64,000 nt of DNA from positions 146,940,001 to 147,004,000 of the forward strand of contig NC_043000.1 in the NCBI RefSeq assembly GCF_006345805.1. Reading direction: 5' to 3'. Positions 51,617 through 64,000 of this stretch are shown here, in pieces. How positions within the stretch are numbered: position 1 is the stretch's first letter; each line of letters opens with the position of its first letter. The translations under genes were made by a program, and so were the position numbers. Origin of the DNA: Octopus sinensis. Lineage: Eukaryota. The notes below the pieces were generated by a model, which ran no database searches, had not been told where the DNA came from, and saw only the letters and a list, made by a program, of their open reading frames with translations.

Positions 51617-51762
51617 AATCTGTATATTTTGTATCTCTCCATTTGTCTTGCTCGCTTACGTTCTGGCGTTTGTTAACTTTTCTTGAGAACATTCCTTTCT
51701 TAGTGTTAAGACCATAGGGGGTCGATTTCTATATATGTATATATATATATGAGGTGTATATA

Positions 51763-51798
<36 letters not shown>

Positions 51799-51836
51799 TA
51801 TATTATCTATATAGTATATGTATATATATATATATA

Positions 51837-51874
<38 letters not shown>

Positions 51875-51877
51875 ATA

Positions 51878-51909
<32 letters not shown>

Positions 51910-52194
51910 TTAGAAGAAATGAGGTACTCAGAAAATCGTATTCAGATATTTATTTGTATATTACATGTTTTTATACATCATATACTTAGATCATGTATTA
52001 GCGTTTTCCTCCCATTCTAGTGGGGTTTTCAAATCAAAACTACGTTCCTGTGTGAAAAGTTTTTGACCATTTTATAGTGGTATTGAGTTTGTAGTGGTGG
52101 GGAGGAATATAAGACAGTACAAGAGGGTGATAGATGAGGAGAAAGTGAGAGAGCAAGTGTGTGTGTGAGTGCGTGCGTGTGTGTGTGTGTGTCT

Positions 52195-52233
<39 letters not shown>

Positions 52234-52610
52234 TGTGCGTGTGTGTGTGTGTGCGTGTGTGTGTTTTTGTATTTGGAATGAGTGCTAAAGAAAAAGAGGG
52301 AAGGAGAGGGAAGAAGAAGAAAAGAATCTTTTTTTGCTCTGCTGGACAGCATGCTTACTCCAAGGGTCTAAGATCTTGGGGAAAAAGAATTTTAGTTTTA
52401 ACTATTTCATAGTGTTATCGAGTGTGTGGTGGCGGGGAGGTAGACCATAATTTATTTTTCTTTTTATCATTGTGAGAGAGTGTGTGTGTGTTTAATGGGG
52501 ATGGTCAAATTGTTTTGGGGTTTAGAGAAGAATTCTTTTTATTATTGTTTTGTGAAGGTGTGGTATATATATTATATGATATATATAGATATATAGATAT
52601 ATATATACTT

Positions 52611-52744
52611 TATTTAAAGCAGCAGAAAATTCAACAAACCTGTTACTCTGAGTTTCCGCTGCCGTTCTAGCAAAAACTGTCCGATGAACGGCAACGGGAA
52701 ACTCAGAGTAACAGGTTTTGTTGAATTTTCTGCTACTTTAAATA
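52611..52744. repeat. ~57-bp inverted repeat formed by a hammerhead 3' half and its tail
   Basis: 52611-52667 is the reverse complement of 52686-52744. Confidence 0.9.
52677..52714 (+). ncRNA. Minimal hammerhead motif (U4C variant)
   Basis: CTGT CCGATGA A CG-GCAA-CG G GAAA CTC-A-GAG TA ACAG. Confidence 0.7.
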
Positions 52745-52848
52745 TAGCATATTACTCTACCACTGGTATTTGTGTACTCTTTTTTCCACCTTGTTTCACA
52801 TTTATGTGTTTACTTAATTCAAGCAAGATTGAAACTAACTTTAATGTG

Positions 52849-52879
<31 letters not shown>

Positions 52880-52908
52880 ACGTACGTACTTTCATATATA
52901 TATATATT

Positions 52909-52966
<58 letters not shown>

Positions 52967-52971
52967 CTAGA

Positions 52972-53737
52972 CTAGGCTACCCATGCATGACACGTTGGGT
53001 CACCAACAGACTCTGAGTTTCCCGGCAACAGCGTTTTGTTTCCTGGGTTGGAAAGAATTGGCTGCTATTCCTTGCACAACCTGCTACCATGTAACAGGTA
53101 TTTCAGGTCCTTTATTGCAAATAACTGTTACGTAGTAGCAGAGTGTAGCAGAAATAGCAGCCAAAACTTTGAAGGGGAGATGCGTCCAATGGACTCGAAA
53201 AAAACTATTTCACATTGAAATTACGAACGCGTCTTTTACGAAATATCTACAGTATTTTTAAAGTCATTTTTACTTTAGAATATTTTTTTGATATGCCAAA
53301 AAAAATTTTTGTAATGATATTCAGTTGAAAATGATTTTAAAAACATTAAGATACTGTCTGTTTATAGAAAGCTAAAATATACATACTTACTGTACAAACA
53401 GCTTACATTTTCGAAATCACACTCAGACATATTTGTAAATTATTAAAATATTGTGTTTAACAAAAGCGAAAATAGAAATAGTAAATAAAAATCGATTTTT
53501 TTTCTTTGTCAACTCACTGTCTAATAGAAAGGTAAGAGTTTCTTCCCTTTCAGGATGAAGATTATTTTCAGAACATTTTCCCATTATGCACCGTTTGGGG
53601 TATTTATGCCCTGAAAATCTCTATTGTTTTGAAAACTACTTTACCAATTTACGTGAAACTTGTTTCATTCATTCGTATTAACATTTGAGGATAAACTTAA
53701 TTCAAGCAAGATTGAAACTAACTTTAATGTGTATATA

Positions 53738-53777
<40 letters not shown>

Positions 53778-53807
53778 GTGTACGTACGTACTTTCATATA
53801 TAATAGT
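52972..53807 (-). mobile_element. Probable old non-autonomous Helitron
   Basis: Minus 3' end ACCCAACGTGTCATGCATGGGT..CTAG|T; 5' end CTATTATATATGAAAG plus microsatellite, with the TC not intact. The 5' ~90 bp is also present at 52812-52900. Confidence 0.45.
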
Positions 53808-53934
53808 GTATAAACAATTTACGTATTTATACACGAAAGGACACCTAAAATGCTACAAAGGGCAGTCAAAGACCAAACCACAAATAAGACCAATTTCAAA
53901 GGGAATGAAAATAAAAAATATTTTTGTAGTTACT

Positions 53935-54000
53935 CTCAAACTCGAGTTTCTGTATCAATACGCAACTAAATTAATTTGCCCTCCGTACTTCATCAGTGAG
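53935..54000 (-). ncRNA. Type-I hammerhead motif (canonical core, 12-nt palindromic stem III)
   Basis: Minus strand: CTCA CTGATGA A GTA..TAC A GAAA CTCGAG TT TGAG. Confidence 0.75.
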
Positions 54001-55931
54001 GGCGCTAAAATTAAAGCTTATTTATGCAGCAAATAGCACCGAAAATAAACGTGCTACATACTTATATATTATAATTATCAAATCCACCATGCGAGCGCAG
54101 TTACATTCGGCAGCAAATAATGAAAAAATTAGAATTACGTACTAAAAAGGCTTGAAACTACGAAAATGTTACTATAAAAATACGGGTAGAAAATTTAGAA
54201 AAGTTTTCATACCGGTGGCTAGCATGCGTAATAAAGTCAATAGACAACATATGTTCATATATATTAGTATATGAACAATTTACATATTTAAACACGGAAG
54301 TGCTGACCTTTGACAGAACACCTTACATGCCAGAGAGGGCAGTCGAAGTCTAAACCATGAATAAATACGTAAATTGTACGGGCGGATAATATATCCTCTC
54401 AGTTATGTTCCAGATCACTGCTAACAGCATCAATTAGTATTTAACGTCTATAATTACTATTAGTTGTCGGTGCATTGTATTTTGTGCAGTGGAAACACGT
54501 GTAGGTCGTAACAGTCATGAAAATATGCGTTATGTAAGTATAAAATAGGAAGAAATAAGTCTTGAGAATGAACAAGTCCCCATATTTTCTATCGTTATAA
54601 TCATTGCTTATATGTTTGTCTTTCTATCTATGTCTGTAAGTCTGTCTGTTCCTCTCTCTATATGTCTGTTCCTCTCTCTATATATGTATGCATACAGGTA
54701 TGTATGTATGCATGTATATATGTATGTATGTATGAATGTAAGTATGCATGTATGTGTGTGTAAATTGTGTTACACTGCTAACTTTAAAGGGTATTTAACC
54801 ATGTGATCGTGGATAGTTTATAGGTTGTATGTAGTACTGATGAAAGAGCAATAAATCTTGAAATGTCCGTATACAACCATTACCTACTTTTCTTTAAATC
54901 TTCGATTGCATTGTCTACATAGTCGTATTCATTTACGAAACGTCGCAACTTTGAGAGCTGGTTGTGAATTCTAGAGGCAAGCTAAAAGTGAATACACACA
55001 CACACACACATGCATACACACACACACTCACATATATATACATTTACACATGCACACACACACACACACACACACACAGGCATACACACATATGAATTCA
55101 CACAGTCAGCTACGTACTGAGCGCCTGGCTTCGTTCGCTGCTGAAAGCTCCTGAGAACAGTATGAAGGTCAAAACTACAATTTTATCACTTCAATATCAA
55201 AACAAACTGATCACGTCTGTCTTGATAATTTGGGATAAGAAATATCAAGCGAGTGATTTTCTGTGGAATGAATAGATATTTATTGTATTGGATAAACATT
55301 TATTTATTCTTAATGTTTTTAACACACATGTTCACTGAGTGATAAATATCAATACATGCGCAACGTATACACACATACACATGTGTGCGTAGAGGGAATG
55401 CTATAGAGAGAAAGCGAGAAAGTGCGGAGAGAGAAGCAATAGTTAATAAACTACAATTAGATGTCATCTTCAATATGAGACAAGGTACAAATATGCGTGT
55501 GAGTGCAAGTGTCCTGGTATCCTCCAAACCCACTCAACATATCTACATCATATATGTATGTGTATGTGCGTGAGCATGTGTGTGTGTGTGTGTGCGTAAA
55601 CATACACTGTATATATTTCTTAATTTTTTTTGTTTAATTTAAAAGATTTTTTTAATTTATTATTATTATATTATTATTATTATTATTATTACGAGTATTG
55701 TTGTTATACATACCTACATACAAGCATACGTAATGATAATAAAAATAAGTGGATGTAAACACATGAACAAAATAAGAATAAACAAAAACAAGAACAAAAA
55801 CAAATTACATGAACGTATAGAAACAGAAGATACAAATATTACAGGCATCCCTCCCCACACACACACACTAAATAAACATAGACGCACATAGAGATATAAG
55901 CATGCGCAAATGAAGACATGCTATAGAAATC

Positions 55932-56144
55932 CAAAATGGCTGACGGTTAGTAAAGAGAGACACAAATAAGAAAGAAGAAAACAAAGGACCACTGATGCGG
56001 TCACAGGAGTGTGACGAAAGAACTCTGGCAGAAATAAGATTAAGATTAATGTAAAAAATAAATAACACTGAAGCAAAATAACACCAAATATATAGTGCGT
56101 ATGTTTTTATTGGCTAAACTGGCAAAATGACCATTCCGAAATAT

Positions 56145-56148
<4 letters not shown>
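55932..56148 (+). mobile_element. Short hammerhead-bearing element H1, second copy
   Basis: Homologous to 41461-41678. Hammerhead at 55989-56028 has CTGATGC (A9C). Ends on (TA)n. Confidence 0.85.
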
Positions 56149-56177
<29 letters not shown>

Positions 56178-56184
<7 letters not shown>

Positions 56185-56320
56185 CTCTGAGGAGAGTCAT
56201 TCTCTTTTATTACTTTATTATTTAACACACTCACCAGTTAAGTTTCCACTCATTTATTTTTTTTTATCTGAAACTTTCGTTACGTCTGGCAACCTTTTCA
56301 ATAGTCGATAACTCTTTCAT
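56178..56320 (-). mobile_element. Short element H2 with degenerate hammerhead (56268-56305), tail-to-tail with H1
   Basis: Minus strand: CTA TTGAAAA G GTTGC-CAGAC-GTAAC GAAA GTT TC AG; 3' end on the same (TA)n. Confidence 0.55.
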
Positions 56321-56670
56321 TTATCTGAGCTGCGTTCTTTTTGTTTGTTTGTGTGCATGTGTGTGGGTCAGTGTGCATGCGCATAACCATATGTATATAT
56401 GCATGTATGCATGTATGTTTGTATGCATGTATATGTGCGTGTGCGTGTATGCATGTCCGAGTGTGTCTGTGTATGGGCTTGTGTAACTATGTACTGCGTA
56501 TGTTATGCATTGGATGTCTGTCTCCATATGTGTTCTTGTGTGAAGTGAAGTATGTGTGCATATGGTCACATTTGTGTATGTATATGTGTATGCGTGCATG
56601 CCTGTTCACATTACCTATGTACCTATCTATCAGTATATCTATCTGTTTACATTCATATCCATTTACCTAC

Positions 56671-57055
56671 GTGTGGTAAGTAGCTTGCTAACTAACCACA
56701 TGGATTCTGGGTTCAGTCCCACTGCGTGGCATCTTGGGCAAGTGTCTTCTGCTATAGCCCCGGGCCGACCAATGCCTTGTGAGTGGATTTGGTAGACGGA
56801 AACTGAAAGAAGCCTGTCGTATATATGTATATATATGCGTGTATGTGTGTGTTTGTGTGTCTGTGTTTGTCCCCCTAGCATTTCTTGACAACCGATGCTG
56901 GTGTGTTTACGTCCCCGTAACTTAGCGGTTCGGCAAAAGAGACCGATAGAATAAGTACTGGGCTTACAAAGAATAAGTCCCGGGGTCGATTTGCTCGACT
57001 AAAGGCGGTGCTCCAGCATGGCCGCAGTCAAATGGCTGAAACAAGTAAAAGAGTA
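56671..57055 (+). mobile_element. SINE family A (slightly 5'-clipped)
   Basis: Body and tail match the family. Confidence 0.93.
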
Positions 57056-57230
57056 TATACATAAACACATGCGTATACATATGCATATATACACATACAC
57101 ACACATACACATACATACAGCAACATAACAGCCTACTAACTATTCTACCTGTATATAAATATAAACTGTGGGTATAGGAATATGATTACCTACTACTTAT
57201 ATTTCCTATTTAGTACTGGGGATGTTTCAT

Positions 57231-57455
57231 TTATGAGGACTTACACCTGTATTTGTCTGAGTGTGGCGTCCTTCGGGTGCTTGGATAAAATGCGGATGTC
57301 AAGTTGATCCAGGTTGCCTCCATGCTGGTATTTGGCATGTTGGTAGAGTATAAAGGACTGCTTTTTTTGCCTTCATATTGTCTCAAATGGTTATTTGGTC
57401 TTTTCGCAGTGCTCCTAGATGTCTCACCTATGTATATCATGTTCTTGCCTTTAAA
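57231..57455 (-). pseudogene. PLE GIY-YIG endonuclease fragment
   Basis: IYIGETSRSTAKRPNNHLRQYEGKKSSPL, then after a frameshift DIRILSKHPKDATLRQI. Confidence 0.75.
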
Positions 57456-57508
57456 AGCACCTTGTGTGTGTGTGTCTGTCTGTCTGTCTGTGTCTGTGTG
57501 TGCGTATG

Positions 57509-57765
57509 TGGAGGTATTTGGCCTAGTGGTTAGAGCAGCGGACTCGCGGTCGAGGAATCGTGGTTTTGAATCTCAGACTAGTCGATGTGTGTTTCTGAAC
57601 GAAACACCTAAGCTCCTCGCGGCTCCGGCAGACGATAATGGCGAACTTCTGCTAACTCTTTCGCCACAACTTTCTATTACTCTTTCCACCGGCATCAAAC
57701 AGCTCACGTGCGACAGGCCGGCGTCCCGTCCAGTTGGGGAACGTATACACCAATGAGGAACAACC
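57509..57765 (+). mobile_element. SINE with family-C head and a different tail
   Basis: TGGCCTAGTGGTTAGAGCAGCGGACTCGCGGTC head, with tail GGCGTCCCGTCCAG. Confidence 0.75.
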
Positions 57766-57796
57766 AACAACAACAATATATATACATATATACATA

Positions 57797-57827
<31 letters not shown>

Positions 57828-58002
57828 AAATTAGAGATAAAACCACTATTAAGCAAATCAAACAGTGAAAAACATAAACCAAAACATAGGAATAAAATTA
57901 ATTAATATCTCTAATTTAATATATATATATTTATACTGTAAAATTGGATTTAATCCTAAATCTAATTTTTCCTGTAAGTTTGGATTTACTCCCTAATATT
58001 GT

Positions 58003-58104
<102 letters not shown>

Positions 58105-58403
58105 TTTATACGTCTGAGAATTTCCGATTGTAAAAATATATCATTTATTTCGTTTGGCGTGCATACTTCTTTGATTAATATAGCCAGTCATCACTCGTGA
58201 GCGACTCTGAACTGGTAACATGCGCTATATTTTTCTTTAATTGTTTTAAGCACTCGTATGTTAGCGAACACTCACAGACATCAGTTCTGCTCCTCTCAAC
58301 TTAAGATGTGAGAGCTGAACCATCACGCGGGCGTAGTTTACAGCTGAGTAGATTGGACAATTACTCAAAATCAAAACGCGATGCCCGGTGTAGGAAATAT
58401 ACC

Positions 58404-58821
58404 TATTTCTTTACTACCCACAAGGAGCTAAACACAGAGGGGACAAACAAGGACAGAAGAACGGATTAAGTCGATTATATCCACCCCAATGCGTAACTGG
58501 TACTTATTTAATCGACCCCGAAAGGATGAAAGGCAAAGTCAACCTCAGCGGAATTTGAACTCAGAACGTAGTTGCAGACGAAATACTTATTTCTTTACTA
58601 CCCACAAGGGGCTAAACACAGAGAAGACAAACAAAAACAGACAAACGGATTAAATCGATTGTATCGACCCCAGTGCGTAACTGGTACTTTATTTATCGAC
58701 CCCGAAAGGATGAAAGGCAAAGCTGACCTCGGCGGAATTTGAACTCAGAACGTAACGGCAGACGAAATGCCGCTAAGCATTTTGCCCGGCGTGCTAACGA
58801 TTCTGCCAGCTCGCCGCCTTT
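58404..58821 (-). mobile_element. SINE family B head-to-tail dimer
   Basis: Single 15-bp TSD TGTAGGAAATATACC (58389-58403 and 58822-58836). Confidence 0.92.
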
Positions 58822-59499
58822 TGTAGGAAATATACCCACAGCTTTATGAACATGAGCTGATCACCTTAACTAGGCCAAGCGCTTTCAACAACTGTTAGTA
58901 TATAGAAATGAGCTGTTTCCCTTTAAAAAAACACAACATAATCTCCAGAACTATTGTGAAAAATACATCAAAAATAGGTCGAAAATGGGAAATAAAAGAG
59001 AAATTAATAAAAGACTAGTAAATAATTATAAAATTATACAAGCAGCGATTCAACAGCCATATTTCCTCTTTAGACACATCAGTAAGAGAAATGCGTTAAA
59101 ATTAGCCGACTATAACTAGAAATTAAAGCAGAGAGCTTCCAATTAAAAATATCAAATAGAATTTTATTAAAAGATCAAAGCTTTACAAGAAAAGAAATAA
59201 AAAATATTTTTGCTCTACGAGAAAAAAACATCTCACTCAAAAATTTATAAAACAATGATCTCTCTTAGAGCACCAAGTCAGATATTTTAGGCAAGGATAG
59301 TCATTTTGAGAAGGATCTATTTTGTAACTGTATAGTAGCACGTTTACCAGACTTACATAAGCATACAAACAATTCTTTACTCTTTTGTTAATCCATCTTA
59401 TTTTCTACTTTTTAATATATTTTCTTCACTAGCGACAATAAAATGTTCTGATATTCTTAAAGGTATATAACTCACTTCTAACAACTCAGAGTTAGGCGC

Positions 59500-59735
59500 A
59501 CTCTCTTTACTCTTTACTCTTTTACTTGTTTCAGTCATTTGACTGCGGCCATGCTTGAGCACCGCCTTTTAGTCTAAATCGACCCCGGGACTTATTCGTT
59601 GTAAGCCCAGTACTTATTCTATCGGTCTCTTTTGCCGAACCGCTAAGTGACGGGGACGTAAACACACCAGCATCGGTTGTCAAGCAATGCTAGGGGAACA
59701 AACACGGACACACAAACACACACATACATATATAT

Positions 59736-59788
<53 letters not shown>

Positions 59789-59959
59789 ATATATATACGA
59801 CAGGCTTCTTTCAGTTTCCCTCTACCAAATCCACTCACAAGGCTTTGGTCGGGCCGGGGCTATAGCAGAAGACACTTGCCCAAGATGCCACGCAGTGGGA
59901 CTGAACCCGGAACCATGTGGTTGGTAAGCAAGCTACTTACCACACAGCCACTCCTGCAC
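59500..59959 (-). mobile_element. SINE family A
   Basis: Full length. Confidence 0.93.
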
Positions 59960-60149
59960 TATTGGAAATATAATTTTATTTATTTTTTTTTTCAGTAGAA
60001 GACTCTGGAAACACTGTTACGAAAGATGAGTATCCTCTGATAAATATCCTCAAACAACTAACTCAATCACGATATAAATAAAATCTTTGGTTTGAAATAC
60101 GTCATACACACATGCATACATTTTCATTCAGCCTTATGTGTGCGCTTAC

Positions 60150-60180
<31 letters not shown>

Positions 60181-60418
60181 ATGCGTGTGTGTGTTCACTG
60201 CTGATTCTTGACTCCAGAAAAAAGATAATGCCTTTTCCTTAATAGCATAGTAAATTCCGGGGAATTTTGGACTACCTAAGATTCCTCCCCCTTCTCATTC
60301 AGAGTCAGTTGCACTTGTCACATCCTACTCTACTTTCTCTCAAAGCGAAGATAATTTCAATGAATCAACATTTTTCGTCCTTGCTATAGACATTCATGTA
60401 ACTACCCATGCCGAGGTA

Positions 60419-60569
60419 TTTCAGTTTCCGTCTACCAAATCCACTCACAAGGCATTGGTCGGGCCGGGGCTATAGTAGAAGACACTTGCCCAAGATGCCA
60501 CGGAGTGGGACTGAACCCGGAACCATGTGGTTGGTAAGCAAGCTACTTACCACACAGCCACTCCTGCAC
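60419..60569 (-). mobile_element. SINE family A, 5' part only
   Basis: Head up to GGAAACTGAAA. Confidence 0.88.
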
Positions 60570-60711
60570 TATTTCCGAACACACACACATGCCACTCTGT
60601 AAATTTTGTATTGAGTTCTATATAGTTTTGGCACTGAAATCAAACCTTATAACTTATATGTGTGTATGCACATGTGTTTGCATTTGGGCGAGCTTGTATG
60701 CGGTTATACGT

Positions 60712-60953
60712 TTACTCTCTTTTACTTGTTTCAGTCATTTGACTGCGGCCATGCTGGAGCACCGCCTTTAGTCGAGCAAATCGACCCCAGGACTTATTCT
60801 TTGTAAGCCCAGTACTTATTCTATCGGTCTCTTTTGCCGATCCGCTAAGTTACGGGGACGTAAATACACCAGCATCGGTTGTCAAGTGATGTTGGGGGTA
60901 CAAACACAGATACACAGACACACACACACACACACCACACACACACACACACA

Positions 60954-61031
<78 letters not shown>

Positions 61032-61177
61032 GACAGGCTTCTTTCAGTTCCCGTCTACCAAATCCACTCACAAGGCTTTGGTCGGCCCGAGGCTATATTA
61101 GAAGACACTTGCCCTAGGTGCCACGCAGTGGGACTGAACCCGGAACCATGTGGTTGGTAAGCAAGCTACTTACCACA
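60712..61177 (-). mobile_element. SINE family A
   Basis: Nearly full length. Confidence 0.93.
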
Positions 61178-61981
61178 TTTCTTTCCTTTTGTGCTTATAT
61201 ATATATATGTGTGTGTGCGTGTGTATGTGTGTGTATGTATGTATGTATGTATGTATATATATATATGTATGTATGTCTATATCTATGTGTGTGTATGTAT
61301 GTCTGTTTGTATGTATGTATGCATGTATGTATATGTCTTTATAGTTCACTCTCCTTTTCTTCCTCTTTCTGTTCCTCTCTACGTGTTTCCGTATTGAAGA
61401 ACAGTTCTAATTAGGAACACCGGTTAAGTGGTCTATCTCTCTCTCTATCGAGTATTTTCCTTATCCTTTTCGTCTCCCTCTGCTTATCTCACATTCCATT
61501 TCTCCTAATTGAATCCTGCTCTTTTCACACGTCTCTAAAAACCATTATGTAGTGAAGTGTCTATATTACATCCAAAAATCGCCAGTAATGGATGTATATC
61601 AACCTGTTATAATGGAACCAAGTGAAAAGCTTCAGCTGGTATTCTATTACACCGTTCGACTTTTAACATTTCTGAAACCAAGGCCAAATACAAGGTTTAC
61701 ATTAAGAAATCTGCTTATGTGATAAAATGGAATTGTTAAAAATCGACCATATACGCTACGACGGTATCTCGGTGTTACTATGTCAAGGTTGATGGCTTAG
61801 TTCGTGTTGTATTTGCAACTGACTCCATTCTTTGGCGTGTGAAGAAGACGTGCTGATCATTATCCTAAGAACCAGCCAGGGAGCTTCACCACGGTTGTTC
61901 TATCTGTTAAAAGTAACAGTCGCATCTCTGTATTTCTATCAGAAATCCATTTACAATTCATGCCAGATATTTATATATAAA

Positions 61982-62378
61982 CTAGCAGTATCGCCCGGCG
62001 TTGCTCGGGTTTGTAAGGGAAATAACAATATAAGCATTTTTAGAGAGTTATAGCCAAAAAATAGCCAAAAAATGCATTCAAAATGGAAAAAAAATTATGG
62101 TAAATTTTTTTTTAAATCGTTGACTCATCATAGACATTTTTAGAGAGTTACTTCCCTTATATAATAGCGAATAAATGCATTGAAATGGGAAAAAATGATG
62201 GTATTTTTTTTTTAAACCGTAGACTCATCGTAGACGCGCGCTAATACCCAGAATGGCTCGATATGAATCACGACTATAAGATACCCGGTTTTGGTTAAAC
62301 TGCACCGCAAAATGTGGGAGTAGTTAGGAATCTAAATTGTAGGAGACAGACACACAACTTCACTTTTATTTATAAAGG
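61982..62378 (-). mobile_element. Non-autonomous Helitron
   Basis: Same 3' hairpin plus CTAG|T and the same body as 4078-4449. Confidence 0.85.
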
Positions 62379-63029
62379 TATATATTTCGTTCGCTAATAT
62401 TAACAACGACTAAACCCTATGAGTCGCTCTACCTACTATAAATTGAATAACAACCTAATTCATTTCACATAATAAGCTAGCTGCTTTAAAGTCAGACATG
62501 GTAGTTATGATAGGAACGCCTTTGTATATGGGACTGCTCAGCCAGCATTGGCCTGGTCAATCAGAATCAGAATCTTTTGAATGTATTCTGATGCTAGCAT
62601 ACCATTAGTATAGCCTTCAGGACAATCCACATGAAAAAACTGCTTTTACGAGCATAGCGTCGGCTCTCACAGCTCGGGTAAGAGACGGGGAAGGAATTCC
62701 AATCGTTGGGAGTTCAAACTCCAAATAATTGAACTACTGCTACAGAGACAAATGATAGTAGCAGTAACAACATGACTACACTAACAAAAGCAACAATAAT
62801 TGCTGTAGTAACAGTAGCAAAGATGGCGTTGTACCCACGGAATTGGATGAGGCTTTTTTAATCGTTTGAAAATTCAAAGTTTTAAAAAAACATTGAACCA
62901 CTGCTATAAAGGCAGTAAGAATAAAAACAATAATAATAACATAAAAGTAACAATAGAGGCAACAACAGCAATGACAAGAAAGGTAACAGCGATAGCAGTG
63001 GCGACGGCTTAGGCACTAATGGTAACAGT

Positions 63030-63413
63030 GGAGGCGCAATGGCCCAGTGGTTAGGGCAGCGGACTCGCGGTCATAGGATCGCGGTTTCGATTCCCAGACC
63101 GGGCGTTGTGAGTGTTTATTGAGCGAAAACACCTAAAAGCTCCACGAGGCTCCGGCAGGGGATGGTGGTGATCCCTGCTGTACTCCTTCACCACAACTTT
63201 CTCTCACTCTTACTTCCTGTTTCTGTTGTACCTGTATTTCAAAGGGGCCGGCCTTGTCACTCTCTGTGTCACGCTGAATATCCCCGAGAACTACGTTAAG
63301 GGTACACGTGTCTGTGGAGTGCTCAGCCACTTACACGTTAATTTCATGAGCAGGCTGTTCCGTTGATTCGGATCAACCGGAACCCTCGTCGTCGTAACCG
63401 ACGGAGTGCTTCC
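63030..63413 (+). mobile_element. SINE family C
   Basis: Near-identical to 16104-16488, with imperfect TSD AATGGTARCAGYGG. Confidence 0.93.
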
Positions 63414-63845
63414 ACGAATGGTAGCAGCGGTAATGAAAATAGCAAAATATTTTTTTTTTGCCAAGACTGACAATATTTTCGACTTTGTCTCCCGACAAAA
63501 TGATGACCATTCATAACAGGTGGGGAAGCACATCAAGAAATTTGAACAGAGAAAGATTACGCTCATATACCGCAACACCTTTAAGACCAAACAGAGAAAA
63601 CCAGTTCTGTTAAGATGCTTATCTACGAAAAGACACAAATGAGAGTGTTTATCTTTAGATAAATCTGAACTCTATTTGAAAAACATTTGTGGGACATACC
63701 AATAAGTTCAGATACATCAGAGTTATTTTCTGTTCGGAAATCCTTGTACAGAACCACTTTAACGTCCTACAAAAAAACTGTAGATTCTACACTGATACCC
63801 ATCAATGGGATACCGTAAGTGATACACATAAAACTCTTAAACATA

Positions 63846-64000
63846 GGCGCAGGAGTGGCTGTGTGGTAAGTAGCTAGCTAACCAACCACATGGTTCCGGG
63901 TTCAGTCTCACTGCGTGGCACGGGTCGACCAATGCCTTGTGAGTGGATTTGGTAGACGGAAACTGAAAGAAGCCCGTCGTATATATGTATATATATATAT
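63846..64000 (+). mobile_element. SINE family A (internal deletion, runs off the window)
   Basis: GGCGCAGGAGTGGCTG head. Confidence 0.9.

Overview
AT-rich eukaryotic genomic DNA saturated with microsatellites. The repeat repertoire suggests a coleoid cephalopod such as Octopus, which is an inference from recalled SINE families and not a database hit. No host protein-coding exon can be supported, and almost all long ORFs in the track are translations of simple repeats. The window holds: a near-complete Penelope-like retroelement (RT plus C-terminal GIY-YIG, about 25.8-30.3 kb) whose 3' UTR is mirrored as a ~2 kb palindrome centred on (TA)n; two further PLE endonuclease fragments; an intron-containing Tc1 (DD34E) with long TIRs; DD37D-like and mariner relics; non-autonomous Helitrons; three abundant tRNA-derived SINE families; a ~4.8 kb tandem duplication; a 2.3 kb (TATG)n tract; and a 100-N gap. 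The most interesting signal is about 10 well-formed and several degenerate minimal type-I hammerhead ribozyme motifs from at least six unrelated sequence families. Nearly all lie 30-200 nt upstream of a 3' end docked onto a microsatellite, mostly (TA)n, and many are in inverted or tail-to-tail arrangements. One sits downstream of a tRNA-like Pol III promoter inside a PLE 3' UTR. Two other retroelement tails appear to use (GATA)n and (TAA)n tracts instead. All folds and alignments were done by eye, and coordinates are approximate to a few nt.
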